From an uncultured Acidobacteriaceae bacterium (GTDB lineage: Bacteria; Acidobacteriota; Terriglobia; Terriglobales; Acidobacteriaceae), in the NCBI GenBank assembly GCA_963798275.1, contig CAWCTB010000053.1, positions 35,924 to 99,923 on the forward strand: a DNA stretch of 64,000 bases. The letters are read 5' to 3'. This document shows, one piece after another, positions 1 through 10,172 of this stretch. The notes below the pieces were generated by a model. It was not told the origin of the DNA. It was given only the letters and a program-made list of their open reading frames with translations, and made no database searches. Each line of letters opens with the position of its first letter. The first letter of the stretch is position 1. A program made the position numbers and the translations under genes.

Positions 1-1302
1 GCGCTTCTTCAGCGGCGACTTCAAGGGGTTGTCGCTCGTCCTACGATCCTCGCTTCTACGTCGCCGTTTCCATATTTACATCGCTCGTCTGGACAATCGT
101 TGCGGAAAATAACCGTCTTTGCCACGTCGATGACTTGTTTCAGGAGTATACCGGCATCAGGAAGACCTTCTCGGCCTGTGTCACGACCTACCTGGTTCTG
201 ATCTTTACTCTTTTCTTCTATCGCCAGGAAAATATTTCTCGCATTTTCTTCGGCCTGAGCGCTCTCCTGTTGTTTGTCCTCACTCTCCTCAGCCGCTTGT
301 TGTTCCGCATGTCGTTGCGTGGCCGCTTCGGTTCCCAGCGCCGGGTGCGAGTCCTTATGGTGGGTGCGGATGACTATGCTTGGCGAATCGCATCGCGCTT
401 GCGGCGGGTTCCCTTCGCTACACTGGAGGTCGTTGGCCATGTTCGATTGCCCGGCCAGGAGGTGGCGGTTAAGGAATTGTCCCGTCTATGAAATGAGTGA
501 TATCAAGAAGGGAATACCTTCCGCCTTTGAGGACGTAATCATTGCTGTGCCTCACGAGCAACTCGGTTCGCTCGCCGATTTGGTGTGCCAGCTCGAGCCT
601 TTACGCGCCCCCATCCGTACTGTCTTGGATTTGGGCGACATACCCATTGTCAGGGAGCGGCTCTTCCGGCTCGGCGATTTGCAGATGCTCGATCTCGCTT
701 CCACCCCGGCTGAGTCACCTTACTATTTCGTGTTCAAAAGGGCCTTCGATATCGTGTTTTCACTCGCCGCGGTGGTCTTCACCGGGCCTCTGATGTTGCT
801 GATCGCCGTGCTCATCAAGGCTACCTCGCGCGGGCCGGTGCTGTTTCGGCAGGAGAGGGTCGGGCTGAATGGCAGACCGTTTTCGATGTACAAGTTTCGA
901 ACCATGCGCGAGACGGCGAAAGTGGAAAGCGACACTCGTTGGACGACCGCCGATGACGATCGTCGGACGCCGCTTGGCGCATTCCTGCGTAAGTCGAGTC
1001 TCGATGAACTGCCGCAATTCTTCAATGTGTTGAAAGGTGAGATGAGCGTTGTCGGTCCGCGCCCCGAACGCCCTTACTTTGTCGGCAAATTCCTCGAGGA
1101 AATCTCCCACTACGATGCTCGTCATCGCCTTAAAGTCGGCATAACCGGGTGGGCGCAGGTCAATGGCTTGCGGGGAGATACTTCGATCGCGAAGCGTTTC
1201 GAGTACGACTTGTACTATATGCAGAATTGGTCGTTCTGGTTCGATCTTCGTATCGTGCTGCTCACCATCTGGTCCGGACTTTTTGGTAAAAACGCCTACT
1301 AG
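1..1302 (+). pseudogene. Polyprenyl-phosphate hexose-1-phosphate transferase (bacterial sugar transferase, WbaP/WcaJ-like). 5'-partial, with one frame break near 480.
   Basis: Frame 3 is open from nt 3 and encodes TM segments plus an RVLMVGADDY linker (ORF 135-491). The frame 1 ORF 274-1302 carries the catalytic domain (KRAFDIVFS...PVLFRQERVGLNGRPFSMYKFRTM...DELPQFFNVLKGEMSVVGPRP). The two halves need a 1-nt shift around 470-490. Confidence 0.85.
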
Positions 1303-1600
1303 GACTGATTGCCGACTGGCGGCCCTGGGGCTCGTGCGTAAAGGCCGCAAAATGAACCGGCTTTAGCCGCGGAGGACCGTCCATTGGCTTAATCAGACCT
1401 CTCAGAACTGGTGTCAGAGACCGGTTTTGAAGAGGCACGGCTTTCAGCCATTCCGCAACCAGGGCCCAAAACATTGGGCTTTTAACCCCTGAGGGAAACC
1501 GATTTAAGAGGTCTTCCGGAATTCTGAGCCCGGCCCCAGGACTCACCGCCACGAAACGGTAGTTAGCCTTCAAACTTCGTAGAGGAGTTTCTCCCCCCTT
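1303..1600. repeat. REP/MITE-like hairpin mosaic: a decayed copy of the TCTGATTAAG element plus further hairpin modules
   Basis: 1335-1400 is about 90% identical to the reverse complement of 59587-59655 and ends in GGCTTAATCAGACC. Further modules are CCGGC-TTTA-GCCG, a degenerate GAAGAGGCACGGCTTTCAGCC, and GGGCTTTTAACCCCTGAGGG (compare 38022-38042). Confidence 0.6.
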
Positions 1601-1698
1601 GCTAAGCGAGGGGCTTTTGCTGCCACAGAACGGAATTACCGGCGCGGCTTACCTCTTGAGTTCGTGTGCTACCCTTGTTTTTTCCGGTCTCTGGGGCA

Positions 1699-2670
1699 AT
1701 GTCCTTCCACCTGCGTCCGCTAGCCGTCGTCGTGGTTTCCTACAACAGTGCACAAGACATTCGCGCTTGCCTGGACAGCATTCTTGCTAGTGGATGCCGG
1801 GCGCTCGTGGTGGATAACGGCTCAAGCGACGCTACCTTGCACATCCTGGCGACCGAATATCCGCCTGTCAACGTGTTCACGAATCCGGCAAACGGTTATG
1901 CCCGCGCCGCAAACCTGGGCTTCGCGCACAGCGACAGCGAACTCGTGATTGTTTGCAACGCCGACATCGTATTCCCCGATGGTTCGATGCGCCGGCTCTT
2001 CGAGTACCTTGCTTCCCATGAAGATATAGGCGTGCTGGGCCCGCAGCAGGTCTATCCGGATGGCAGCTGGCAACGTAGTTGGGGAGTGACCACCGGACTC
2101 GGCGAAGCTGTTCTGGAATTGCTCGGCTTCACGACCTTGTACAACGCGGTGCGAACCGTGCTGTGGCCATTCCGGCTTAATCAAAGGGCGGTCAATGTGG
2201 GTTACGTGGATGGCGCGGTCATGATCATCCGCCGTTCCGCCTTCAATGCAGTAGAAGGTTTCGATGCAACCTTTCCGTTCTCCGCAGAAGAAACTGACTT
2301 CTGCATTCGTGTGCGGCGGGCTGGCTGGAAGATCGTGTCACTGCCTTCGGTTCGTGTCACTCACCGTCGTGGCGGCAGTTCAGCCCTGTTAGGCTGGTCG
2401 ACCGGCCGTCAGGCGGCTGCCATGCTCGACGGAACGGATCGGCTGCTGCGCAAATATCACGGCCCGCTGTACTCCGCAACATACTTTGCCATTAAGTATG
2501 TGTTTAACGCTTATATGACGTTGCTGTGCCGGGTCTGCTCCCGCATGATCCCCGGCTCTCTAAGGGCGAGGCTTCAACAGAAGAGCCGACTGCATCATAG
2601 TTATTGTCTCCAACTGTGCGCGCTGGCGGAATTGCGTCGAAATGGATATGCTATGTTATGGCCCGGCTAG
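1699..2670 (+). CDS. Family 2 glycosyltransferase
   Basis: The N-terminus LAVVVVSYNSAQDIRACLDSI...VVDNGSSDAT and the later VDGAVMIIRRSAF..GFD signature are typical of GT2 (rhamnosyltransferase-like). The ATG at 1699 is preferred over the GTG at 1666. Confidence 0.85.
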   Translation: MSFHLRPLAVVVVSYNSAQDIRACLDSILASGCRALVVDNGSSDATLHILATEYPPVNVFTNPANGYARAANLGFAHSDSELVIVCNADIVFPDGSMRRLFEYLASHEDIGVLGPQQVYPDGSWQRSWGVTTGLGEAVLELLGFTTLYNAVRTVLWPFRLNQRAVNVGYVDGAVMIIRRSAFNAVEGFDATFPFSAEETDFCIRVRRAGWKIVSLPSVRVTHRRGGSSALLGWSTGRQAAAMLDGTDRLLRKYHGPLYSATYFAIKYVFNAYMTLLCRVCSRMIPGSLRARLQQKSRLHHSYCLQLCALAELRRNGYAMLWPG

Positions 2671-2889
2671 GCGTTGGTCAGTCCTCCAATCCTGACCGGC
2701 TGTCACAATCGACCAGGGGCCGAACACCAACCTAGGCTACGACCTGAAATGTCTGCCTGCTGTCTTGAGTGGGGTACCACGCTACGCGAGAGCCAGGAAG
2801 CACCGATGGCCCTCGGGTGACTAGCGGCTTCCCTGAGGATCACTGTTGTCTAGCACGAGATACCCGCGTCGCTGTGAGATACGCTGGAG

Positions 2890-4716
2890 TTGATTGACAT
2901 GGTTAAGCTCAACTTACTGCTTCTTATTTGCCTTTTGCCCCTGAATCTTCTGGCCCAACTGGCACAGACAGATACCGTACTTGCTAATCTGAATGATCGA
3001 GGCGGAGATGCCGGTGAAACGGCTGGCCCGCTTGAACAACCTGCCGATGCGGGCCCAATGAATAAGTACGCAACCCCTTATGATGTAAAAGCTTGGGGTG
3101 TGGCTATGGATGCACAGCTCGGAACCACTGGCGTCACTACGAGGGGCCTCACTTCATTCAATTGTCTTGATTGCGAATTTTCGGCAAAGGATGTAGGAAA
3201 GACGATTCAAATCCAGCAAGGCGCCGCTCCCAATGAGCCTTTCCTTACGACCATTGCAGCTTATGGCGGCACCCATCAGATAACCTTGGGATCGCCTGCA
3301 GCAAACTCGGCAAGCGGGCAGATGGTGATTTGGGGTACAGATGACAGCGCAGCGCTACAGGCGATCCTCGACTATGGCAAAAGGTCGAAGCTTGGCGGAA
3401 CAATCTTATTCCCACCGGGCAACACAATTTTGTCTAACATCAGGTTTGACGCGTCTTACCCGTCTTTTGACATCAAGGGATCGTGCGGTCCATGGGGAGC
3501 CAGAGTGCTTGCGGTCTCTTCGGCCTTTCCTGCGCCGCAGTGCACTACCATCTTAGACGGTGCGAAGACTACAACGTTCGTTCTTCAGTGGGCGGAAAAC
3601 GCCATTATTCACGGCTTTAACTTTATCGGCTTTGGGAACAGCGCTTCGGATGCCGGGGCATTCATTGATTTGTCTGGACGACCTGATAACGGTGCAGAAA
3701 CCCTAAATGTGTTAGTAGAGGACAACAGCTTTTGGGGTAAGTTCCAGCATGTCGTCGCCTCGCACATACTGGAAAATGTGCAGGTTCGTCGTAATGCTTC
3801 AGGTTGTGCCGGCTACAGCTTCGTGGCGTTCGACTTTTCTCACAGTGGGTGGGGTTCTAATAAGATCGCGACAGACGACAACTATGTCGACTTTCACAAT
3901 ACTCATTGTCCCCAAACCGCTGTTGCTGGCATCTGGATTAAGGGCAACACCTATTCTGCCAGGATTAAGACCGTGGCCATAGCGAACAAGGTGTTGAGCC
4001 TGGGATACACTTCGAGCCCGCCGTTTATCGTCGGGGAGCGAATAGCCCAAAGCGGATTGTCGGCAGCGTCGTTTCTTAACGGACAGACAGTCACGGTCCT
4101 GACCGTAGGAGGATCGGCGATTACCGCGGCTTTTGGACACGCGGATTACTCTGCTGCCGATGATGGTACATCAACATCCCTGGCAGCTGGAGTCGCCAAT
4201 CTGACAGCCAACCGCAACGAAGTCCAGAACCTGTCATCTGGCACGGCTGATGGTATCCGGGTTGAGACGTGTTTGTCCTGCACATTTCAAGACAACGACT
4301 TCGAGGGGTTCGCTTATTCGACAACGATGGTCAATAACCTTCATGTCGGGGGTATCAGCGTTCACATCGGCTCTAACAAGTATTTTCGAGGGCAGTATGG
4401 CATTTTCTTGGATGGCTGCGCTTATTGCACCGTTGATCCGCAGTATATCGGCAGCGATCAGGCGATGAGTGGTATCAAGTATGCTAACTCGCACAACACC
4501 GTCATCTACACGCCGAACTTCTACTCGGCTAGTGGAAAGATGTACGTTGATGCCGGGGGCAATATCAATATTATGAAGCTCGGTCAGGGGATTGTAGACG
4601 CCAACAGCTTAACGATAAAGGGTTCCGGCGTCGGTTTGACCCACACGGTGACTATGCCGTGCGGTACTCTGATATTCAGCGGCGGCCTTCTCACTGGTGT
4701 AACAGGGACGTGCTAA
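2890..4716 (+). CDS. Secreted right-handed beta-helix protein (pectate-lyase superfamily / GH28-related, possible polysaccharide depolymerase)
   Basis: Signal peptide MVKLNLLLLICLLPLNLLAQ. The motif WGTDDSAALQAILDYG...GGTILFPPGNT is typical of the Pectate_lyase_3 N-terminus. The rest is repetitive and Gly/Asn-rich. The locus is AT-richer than its surroundings. Confidence 0.7.
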   Translation: MIDMVKLNLLLLICLLPLNLLAQLAQTDTVLANLNDRGGDAGETAGPLEQPADAGPMNKYATPYDVKAWGVAMDAQLGTTGVTTRGLTSFNCLDCEFSAKDVGKTIQIQQGAAPNEPFLTTIAAYGGTHQITLGSPAANSASGQMVIWGTDDSAALQAILDYGKRSKLGGTILFPPGNTILSNIRFDASYPSFDIKGSCGPWGARVLAVSSAFPAPQCTTILDGAKTTTFVLQWAENAIIHGFNFIGFGNSASDAGAFIDLSGRPDNGAETLNVLVEDNSFWGKFQHVVASHILENVQVRRNASGCAGYSFVAFDFSHSGWGSNKIATDDNYVDFHNTHCPQTAVAGIWIKGNTYSARIKTVAIANKVLSLGYTSSPPFIVGERIAQSGLSAASFLNGQTVTVLTVGGSAITAAFGHADYSAADDGTSTSLAAGVANLTANRNEVQNLSSGTADGIRVETCLSCTFQDNDFEGFAYSTTMVNNLHVGGISVHIGSNKYFRGQYGIFLDGCAYCTVDPQYIGSDQAMSGIKYANSHNTVIYTPNFYSASGKMYVDAGGNINIMKLGQGIVDANSLTIKGSGVGLTHTVTMPCGTLIFSGGLLTGVTGTC

Positions 4717-5110
4717 AACATGTAGAGCTACTGATAGCAAGAGTGGGCTACCGACGAGTGTGGATCTTGTAACCTTTGGCGGGCAGTCTGGGTGTTGATG
4801 CAGGAACAAGAGGTCGGGTTGCTCATCGGTGTTGATGGCCCTCAGCGATTGTCGCGGCGCCGGTGCAGTCGTGTTCGTCTTGACGTAGGGCGTAATACAC
4901 TGCGTCGGCGTAAAGCAAGAGTTCTTGGAGTCGCTGGTCGTAACAATTACTTACAAATCGATCACGTCGCAAGAATCGGGGCGGGCTACGCTCAATCGGC
5001 GGTCATTGGGCAACAGATTGGAAACTGATTCGTAATACACGCAATGCATTGAGTCGTGCCACAACTTCGTCGTAAGTGTCCAAGACGATTCAATCGGGCG
5101 AGTCGACCCA

Positions 5111-5500
5111 ATGCATTGCCACGGAGACCGGTACGGGAATTTCAACCCTGCTGTGAGTTGGACGGCCGGAGCCGGCACGATTACCCAATTAGGCGTGTTT
5201 ACCGCTTTTGCAATCATGGTTAGTCCGGCAGTAACCATAACCGCCACTTCCACCCAGGACTCGACCAAGTTTGGAGTGGTAGCGCTCCCGGTAACTCTTG
5301 CGTCCAACGTGCAACCCATCGCTGTGGATGTGGGACGTACGCAGAATTATGTGAACGGCGCCTTTGTGACCGTGACTGTCGTTCGAGAGTCTAACAGGCA
5401 GAGTGAGTCAGAAGACATGAGCAGAGACGCTTCTAGTTCTGCGGTTTCGGCGAAGTGGTCTGGGCCTCTTTCTTCAGAAGATTGTCCAAGGGTGATTTGA
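5111..5500 (+). pseudogene. Possible Ig-like (Big_2-type) domain fragment
   Basis: VSWTAGAGTITQLGVFTA...VTITATSTQDSTKFGVVALPVT resembles a bacterial Ig-like domain. There is no credible N-terminus and the 3' end overlaps the TPR gene. Confidence 0.25.
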
Positions 5501-6377
5501 TTCTCTGCGTGGCCGGATGATCTGGACCCAAAGTCTTTTCGTCAATCGCCAGAGCTCGCTGCAAAAGCGGTTCGGCCGCTGCGTAGTCGCCCTTGGCAGC
5601 GAGCAGAGTAGCGAGGTTGTCGAGGTCAGTCGCTACATCGGGGTGATCCGCTCCGAACTGTTTCTCGTCAATCCCCAGTGCCCGACGTAAGAGCGGCTTG
5701 GCTTGTCCATAATCCTTCTTTACATAAAGCAGTGCAGCAAGGTTGTTTAGGTCTTTTGCAACGCCAATATGGTCCGGCCCCAACGCTTCTTCATCAATCC
5801 CCAGAGCTCGCCGGTAGAGCGACTCCGCGCCGGAGTACCTGCTTTCCTTCCGAAGGAGGTCCGCCAGGTTGTTTAGGGTCATTGCTAGGTGGAGATTATC
5901 CAGTGGCAGTCCTTTCTCGTTGACCGCCAGAGCCCGCCAGTAGAGCAGTTCGGCTGCCCCGTAGTCTCCCTTTTCATAAAGCAGTCCCCCGAGGTTGTTG
6001 AGATCGGCTGCAACGTTGGGATGATCAGGCCCCAAAGCTTTCTCGTCAATCGCGAGCGCTCGCCGGAAGAGCGCTTCGGCTTCCGTGTGGTCGCCCTTTG
6101 CATCTAGAAGGGAGGCCAGATTATTGAGCTCTGTCCCCACGCTGGCGTTATCCTGTCCGAATGCTTTTTCGTCAATCGCGAGAGCTCGTCGGTAGAGCGG
6201 CTCGGCACCGAGGTCGTCGCCTTTCGCCCGGAGAACCTCGGCGAGGTTGTTGAGACTCGTTGCGACACTGGGATGATCTTGCCCCAATGACTTCTCTTTG
6301 ACCGTGAGCGCATGCCGAAACAGCGGCTCGGCGCCTGCGTAGTTGCCGGCCTGTGCAAGACTCAGCGCGGTATTGCT
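5433..6377 (-). CDS. Tetratricopeptide repeat protein (TPR_12 / kinesin-light-chain-like repeats), apparently 5'-truncated
   Basis: Seven or more 42-aa repeats of the form G.DHP.VA..LNNLA.L...G.Y..AEPL..RAL.I.EK. The frame stays open and TPR-like upstream of the listed TTG (6287) to about 6377. There the sequence turns into the antisense of an AraC fragment. Confidence 0.85.
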   Translation of the reverse strand, partial: SNTALSLAQAGNYAGAEPLFRHALTVKEKSLGQDHPSVATSLNNLAEVLRAKGDDLGAEPLYRRALAIDEKAFGQDNASVGTELNNLASLLDAKGDHTEAEALFRRALAIDEKALGPDHPNVAADLNNLGGLLYEKGDYGAAELLYWRALAVNEKGLPLDNLHLAMTLNNLADLLRKESRYSGAESLYRRALGIDEEALGPDHIGVAKDLNNLAALLYVKKDYGQAKPLLRRALGIDEKQFGADHPDVATDLDNLATLLAAKGDYAAAEPLLQRALAIDEKTLGPDHPATQRIKSPLDNLLKKEAQTTSPKPQN

Positions 6378-6379
6378 GA

Positions 6380-6537
6380 GTACGATCAGGCATCTGCTGA
6401 ACTCCTCCGAGCCGGTGGAAGCGATCGCGGAACGGCTCGGCTACATGGACACGTCGAACTTCAGCCGGACGTTTCGCCGCTGGTTCGGGGTTTCGCCTGC
6501 AAAATTTCGGCAGGCTGGAACCGACGCTGCCAAATAG
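6380..6537 (+). pseudogene. AraC-family regulator, C-terminal HTH fragment only
   Basis: RHLLNSSEPVEAIAERLGYMDTSNFSRTFRRWFGVSPAKFRQ is the second HTH of the AraC/XylS domain. No upstream part of the gene exists. Confidence 0.7.
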
Positions 6538-7084
6538 CCATGAACCAGTTGCGGAATCGCTCGCGACGCGCTCGGTCATGATGAAGTTTGCTTGTTCACT
6601 CGGACAGCCCGGCGCTCTGCGTCCGGATAACCAACTATTCGGAAGTTGTCGAGCTGCGAGCGCATCGTGCAGGCACCTGCGCCGAGTCGTCCCATCGAGC
6701 ACGGTCTGGCAGGACAGGGTCTGCTGGCTCATGTGCAGGTGGCGAAGTATTGCATTCCTCTATTGGAGCTTGACTTTTCGCATGTTTCTTTTCAAACTGT
6801 GTTGTTCTACGGGTAGAGCGATGTGTCTCCGCTCTCCACGATGGGTTAACGCGAGGGCAGCCGCGCTAAGAGACGCGATCCTCCTGGTGGCGGGATTATG
6901 TGTCTAAGCTTGAGCTCAAGCAGAAGCGTTGGACCGGGCACCCACCTGAAACAGAAAAAAGATGGACTCGCGTAGTTAAGGCGAATGAGGGCTTGCAATG
7001 ATGGCGACGTCCACCACCGGAAGTGCCGCTGTCCTTCCGAAAGGAGAGAGGGAAGAATTCTCGACGAAACTTGGACGCTGAACA

Positions 7085-7612
7085 GTGTTGTATGCTACAT
7101 ACTTGTTCTTAGCGGGGTGGAGCTACTTTAAGTTTTATTTTACGGCCTTCGGAATTGATTCCGGTTGGTTAGATCTTGGATTTAATGACACGGTAGCCAA
7201 AGGATTTTCTGTTCTATTTGGGCCAGCTGTCGGGCTTTCCATTGTCTACGGCATAGCTTTGCTGACTTCTGTCATAATCGATATTGTATCCACTCGACGC
7301 AGGCGGTTTGGAGAGATGTTTGCGGCTGTAGTATTAGTTGGCTTGTTTCCTGCGATATATTGGCTTGCTCGAAATGCGGGAATTAACCACGCCAACGTGG
7401 ATCGAGGCGAGTATACGTCTTTACCTACGGTTTGTTTTACTGCTGGCACTTGCGACTATCGTGGGAAGATGCTTTATCTTAAAGGCGGGTTGCTGTACGT
7501 CTACCACCTTGTCTATGCAAGAATACCTGCAAAGGACTCATCCTGCCCCATTGATGTCTCCGAGCCTTCAGAATCCGTACCCCAACTCTCCCTAGTTCGA
7601 CTAGCGACATAA
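7085..7612 (+). CDS. Hypothetical integral membrane protein
   Basis: 175-aa ORF with 3-4 hydrophobic segments in an AT-richer region. No recognisable family. Confidence 0.45.
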   Translation: MLYATYLFLAGWSYFKFYFTAFGIDSGWLDLGFNDTVAKGFSVLFGPAVGLSIVYGIALLTSVIIDIVSTRRRRFGEMFAAVVLVGLFPAIYWLARNAGINHANVDRGEYTSLPTVCFTAGTCDYRGKMLYLKGGLLYVYHLVYARIPAKDSSCPIDVSEPSESVPQLSLVRLAT

Positions 7613-7652
7613 AAGATGTCTCGGTGGTTCACTATCAGAAGGAGGTTAGCCG

Positions 7653-8084
7653 ATGATCTTGCCCCGCAAAGCAATAACTGTGTTCGCGAGCGGCTGTTGG
7701 ATAATACTGGGCCTTGTAACAGTCTCTGGAGCTGACACTCTGTTCAAATATGAGAAGCCTGTTAAGATCGGTCGGGGAGCGCCGAACGGATCCAAAATAG
7801 CCTGGACGGACTGTCATGGCAAGAACCCCGAGAGCTTCGAAGCCCCTCCATACGCTCTGGATCCAGCAGATAACTGTGATCTGGGACCAAGTAGGTTCGG
7901 GCTGCGGTGTGCAGGCGAGGATTGCGTCGTGGACGATACCACGAAGTTGGAGAAGTACTTGCCTAGCATCCATGTCTACAAGGGCGAGCGTGTACGTCTT
8001 CGGATAGATAGTCAATCTGTAGACATCGAGTACAAACCAGGAGCGACGGCGGTAGAATCTCAGACGCTGCACATCGAACGCTAA
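7653..8084 (+). CDS. Hypothetical secreted protein
   Basis: Strong RBS (GAAGGAGG) 7 nt upstream of the ATG. N-terminal signal-like segment AITVFASGCWIILGLVTVSGA. It lies 40 nt downstream of the preceding membrane protein. Confidence 0.55.
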   Translation: MILPRKAITVFASGCWIILGLVTVSGADTLFKYEKPVKIGRGAPNGSKIAWTDCHGKNPESFEAPPYALDPADNCDLGPSRFGLRCAGEDCVVDDTTKLEKYLPSIHVYKGERVRLRIDSQSVDIEYKPGATAVESQTLHIER

Positions 8085-8238
8085 GGAGGGCGCTTGTCCC
8101 TACCAAAAACTCGTTCTCGCTGACTGGTTGCACTCAGCGCGACGTGGCAATAGCCTCTGGTAATGCTGGCTGTCTTGGCTTTTTCCCTCGCCACTTTTCC
8201 AACCCTACCCCCGTTTCTTTCCAGACTCACTGGGACTG

Positions 8239-8460
8239 TTACAAGCGGTGCAAAGGCGTGGCTCTCGTGCAGACATCAACGATGCGTAGCGACGATGCAA
8301 CAGAATGCCTGAAATTGAGGAGACGATTGCGATTGGTCAGATCAAGTAGGCGAGTACGAATCTTCTGAAGCCCAACCTCAGTATTACCCTCAAGAAACCC
8401 CGGGCTCAGAGACGGATGGGATACGGCCTGCTGTGTTTCATGCGGTGATTCTTTACCCAT
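8239..8460 (-). pseudogene. N-terminal fragment of a DUF4011-type (Upf1-like) helicase
   Basis: LQKIRTRLLDLTNRNRLLNFRHS...SLRIVD matches the characteristic DUF4011 N-terminal motif. The similarity ends after about 60 aa. Confidence 0.4.
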
Positions 8461-8649
8461 ACGCTCACAGGGCCTCAAGCGAACCAAGCTCAGTTGGCGG
8501 CGGCAAGTGCCTGTCGCGCACGTCTGTGATGCTGGACCGATTACTCCATCACGGGCAGGTGCTCAAAGCGGCAGGGTGGAAAAACCTAGTCCTGGGCCAA
8601 CTCCGCTGATTCCATAACAATGTCGGCTCCCTCAACCTGAGTACACTCG

Positions 8650-9153
8650 GTGAATACCAAACCAACCAAGGCTCGGAAGAAGGAGCCGAATATATTGATT
8701 ATAGGACTGGATTATCACCCCAGCTTTCAGCAAATCGCGTTTGTAGATAACGAGACCGGAGAATGCGGAGAACGACGACTCCTGCACAAGGACGGAGAAG
8801 CCGAAAGGTTTTATGGCGAACTGGAGCAGCGAGGAGTCAAGGTGCGGATAGGGATGGAAGCAACGGGGCATGCCCGCTGGTTCGAGCGCTTAGTAGCCGA
8901 ACTGGATTTCGAGCTGTGGATTGGAGACCCGGCCCGGATTCGAGCCAAGCGCGTGCGGAAGCAGAAGACCGATCGCCAGGACGCTGAGCTCATACTCACG
9001 CTGCTCATCGAAAATCGTTTTCCACGGGTCTGGGTACCGAGCCCGGAAAATCGGGATCTCCGCCAACTACTGTGGCACCGGCATCGCCTAGTGCAAATGC
9101 GGACCCGGATCATGAGCCTTGCGGGCGTGGTCCGCCGCAAGCTCAGCCTCTAG
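8650..9153 (+). pseudogene. IS110-family transposase, N-terminal (DEDD) fragment
   Basis: ILIIGLDYHPSFQQIAFVD...RIGMEATGHARWFERLV...KTDRQDAELILTLL...LRQLLWHRHRLVQMRTRIM is the DEDD_Tnp_IS110 domain. Homology stops near 9112. Confidence 0.85.
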
Positions 9154-9177
9154 GTTCTCAATTTTTCTGCTAACTCA

Positions 9178-9210
9178 GCCGGAGCCGTATTGGCTCCGGC
9201 TTTCGTTGTA
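9178..9210 (+). terminator. Rho-independent terminator-like hairpin
   Basis: GCCGGAGCC-GTATT-GGCTCCGGC (9-bp perfect stem) followed by TTTCGTTG. Confidence 0.5.
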
Positions 9211-9214
9211 CGCC

Positions 9215-9834
9215 GTGCATGTTAGACAGCTTGGAGGTGGAAGTCCTCTTCACAACCTGATGGAGGTGAAGTGATAGCGAAGCGCAAGGGCGTCACCGCG
9301 AGGTGGGGTCTGAAGCAAACGTGGAGCAACACGCGGGCCGATGAACAAAAAACCGGATGAAGAGGCCTACGGTGCCGGGCGAGCGGGCAACAAACCGCGA
9401 AGCCCATATCCATCAAGGGCACTGGTGGTAAATCCGGCGATCGTGCGTGGAGAGTGGTCGAACTTATCACGGGAGATCTGCTGTGTGTCACGCATTTGTG
9501 ACTGAGACATCGCGAGGTGTTCTGACCGCAGAGCAGAAGTCAGCCGAGGGCGTAGTAGTCGCGCGAGCGGCGAAGGCCCGAACGACAGGAAGGATTAGTA
9601 GTGCTTGGGTCTCGATGAGGGTATGGCACGAGCCATCCCGTTTCGGCGGGCCTCGGGCAGGCACGGCGCGGCGAAGCCGCAAAGGATGCTAGCCCGAGAA
9701 GTGAAACCCACACGGCGTCCCCGACCGCGAATCCCCAGCCCATCCTTTATGGGTGGGATTAACCTATCGAACCGCCGTATGCGGACCCGCATGTACAGTG
9801 TGTGGCAGGGAGAGTGGGTGACCACTCCCCCTAT
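9215..9834 (+). mobile_element. Candidate ORF-less group II intron (class C-like)
   Basis: The 5' end is GTGCATG, 14 nt after the terminator stem. A domain V-like 34-nt hairpin at 9772-9801 has a lower helix, a 2-nt 3' bulge (TG), a 4-bp upper helix, a tetraloop, and CGC in the catalytic-triad position. A domain VI-like stem GGGAGAGTGG-GTGA-CCACTCCCCC lies at 9808-9830, followed by CTAT. Translation across DV/DVI gives NRRMRTRM...PPMPI, as commonly seen at group II IEP 3' ends. No RT ORF is present. Confidence 0.5.
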
Positions 9835-10172
9835 GCCGATTGGTCGCATGCACTGGCTACTGATTCTGACCTCCCCCCCATCTTCAGTCCAAGGATAATG
9901 AGACTTTCTCCGGTTTTACCCAATCGCTGATCGCCGTGCTTGCGGGCCTACGAGTACCCTTCATCTGCGCTGATACCCACGAAATGGGTGAAGAAATTCT
10001 CGCCCCATACTTGCATCAGGTGCACCTGTATTGCTGGCTGGAAAGAAACGGATTTGGCCCTGCCCTGATCGACGGCGATCTATGATCAGCGCATCGATTC
10101 AATTGCCAAAGGTGTCCGCACTTGGCCCGATGCAATTTCTGCGCACCACAGGCCCCATTCACCTGAAGACGA

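Noticed and set aside
21-440. A 139-aa minus-strand ORF at the window start
   Set aside because: It is antisense to the well-supported N-terminal region of the sugar transferase gene and has low-complexity composition.
9898-10085. A start-less open frame (ETFSGFTQSLIAVLAGLRVPFICADTHEMGEEILAPYLHQVHLYCWLERNGF...) downstream of the intron-like element
   Set aside because: There is no start codon and no recognisable family. It is possibly another gene remnant but cannot be supported.
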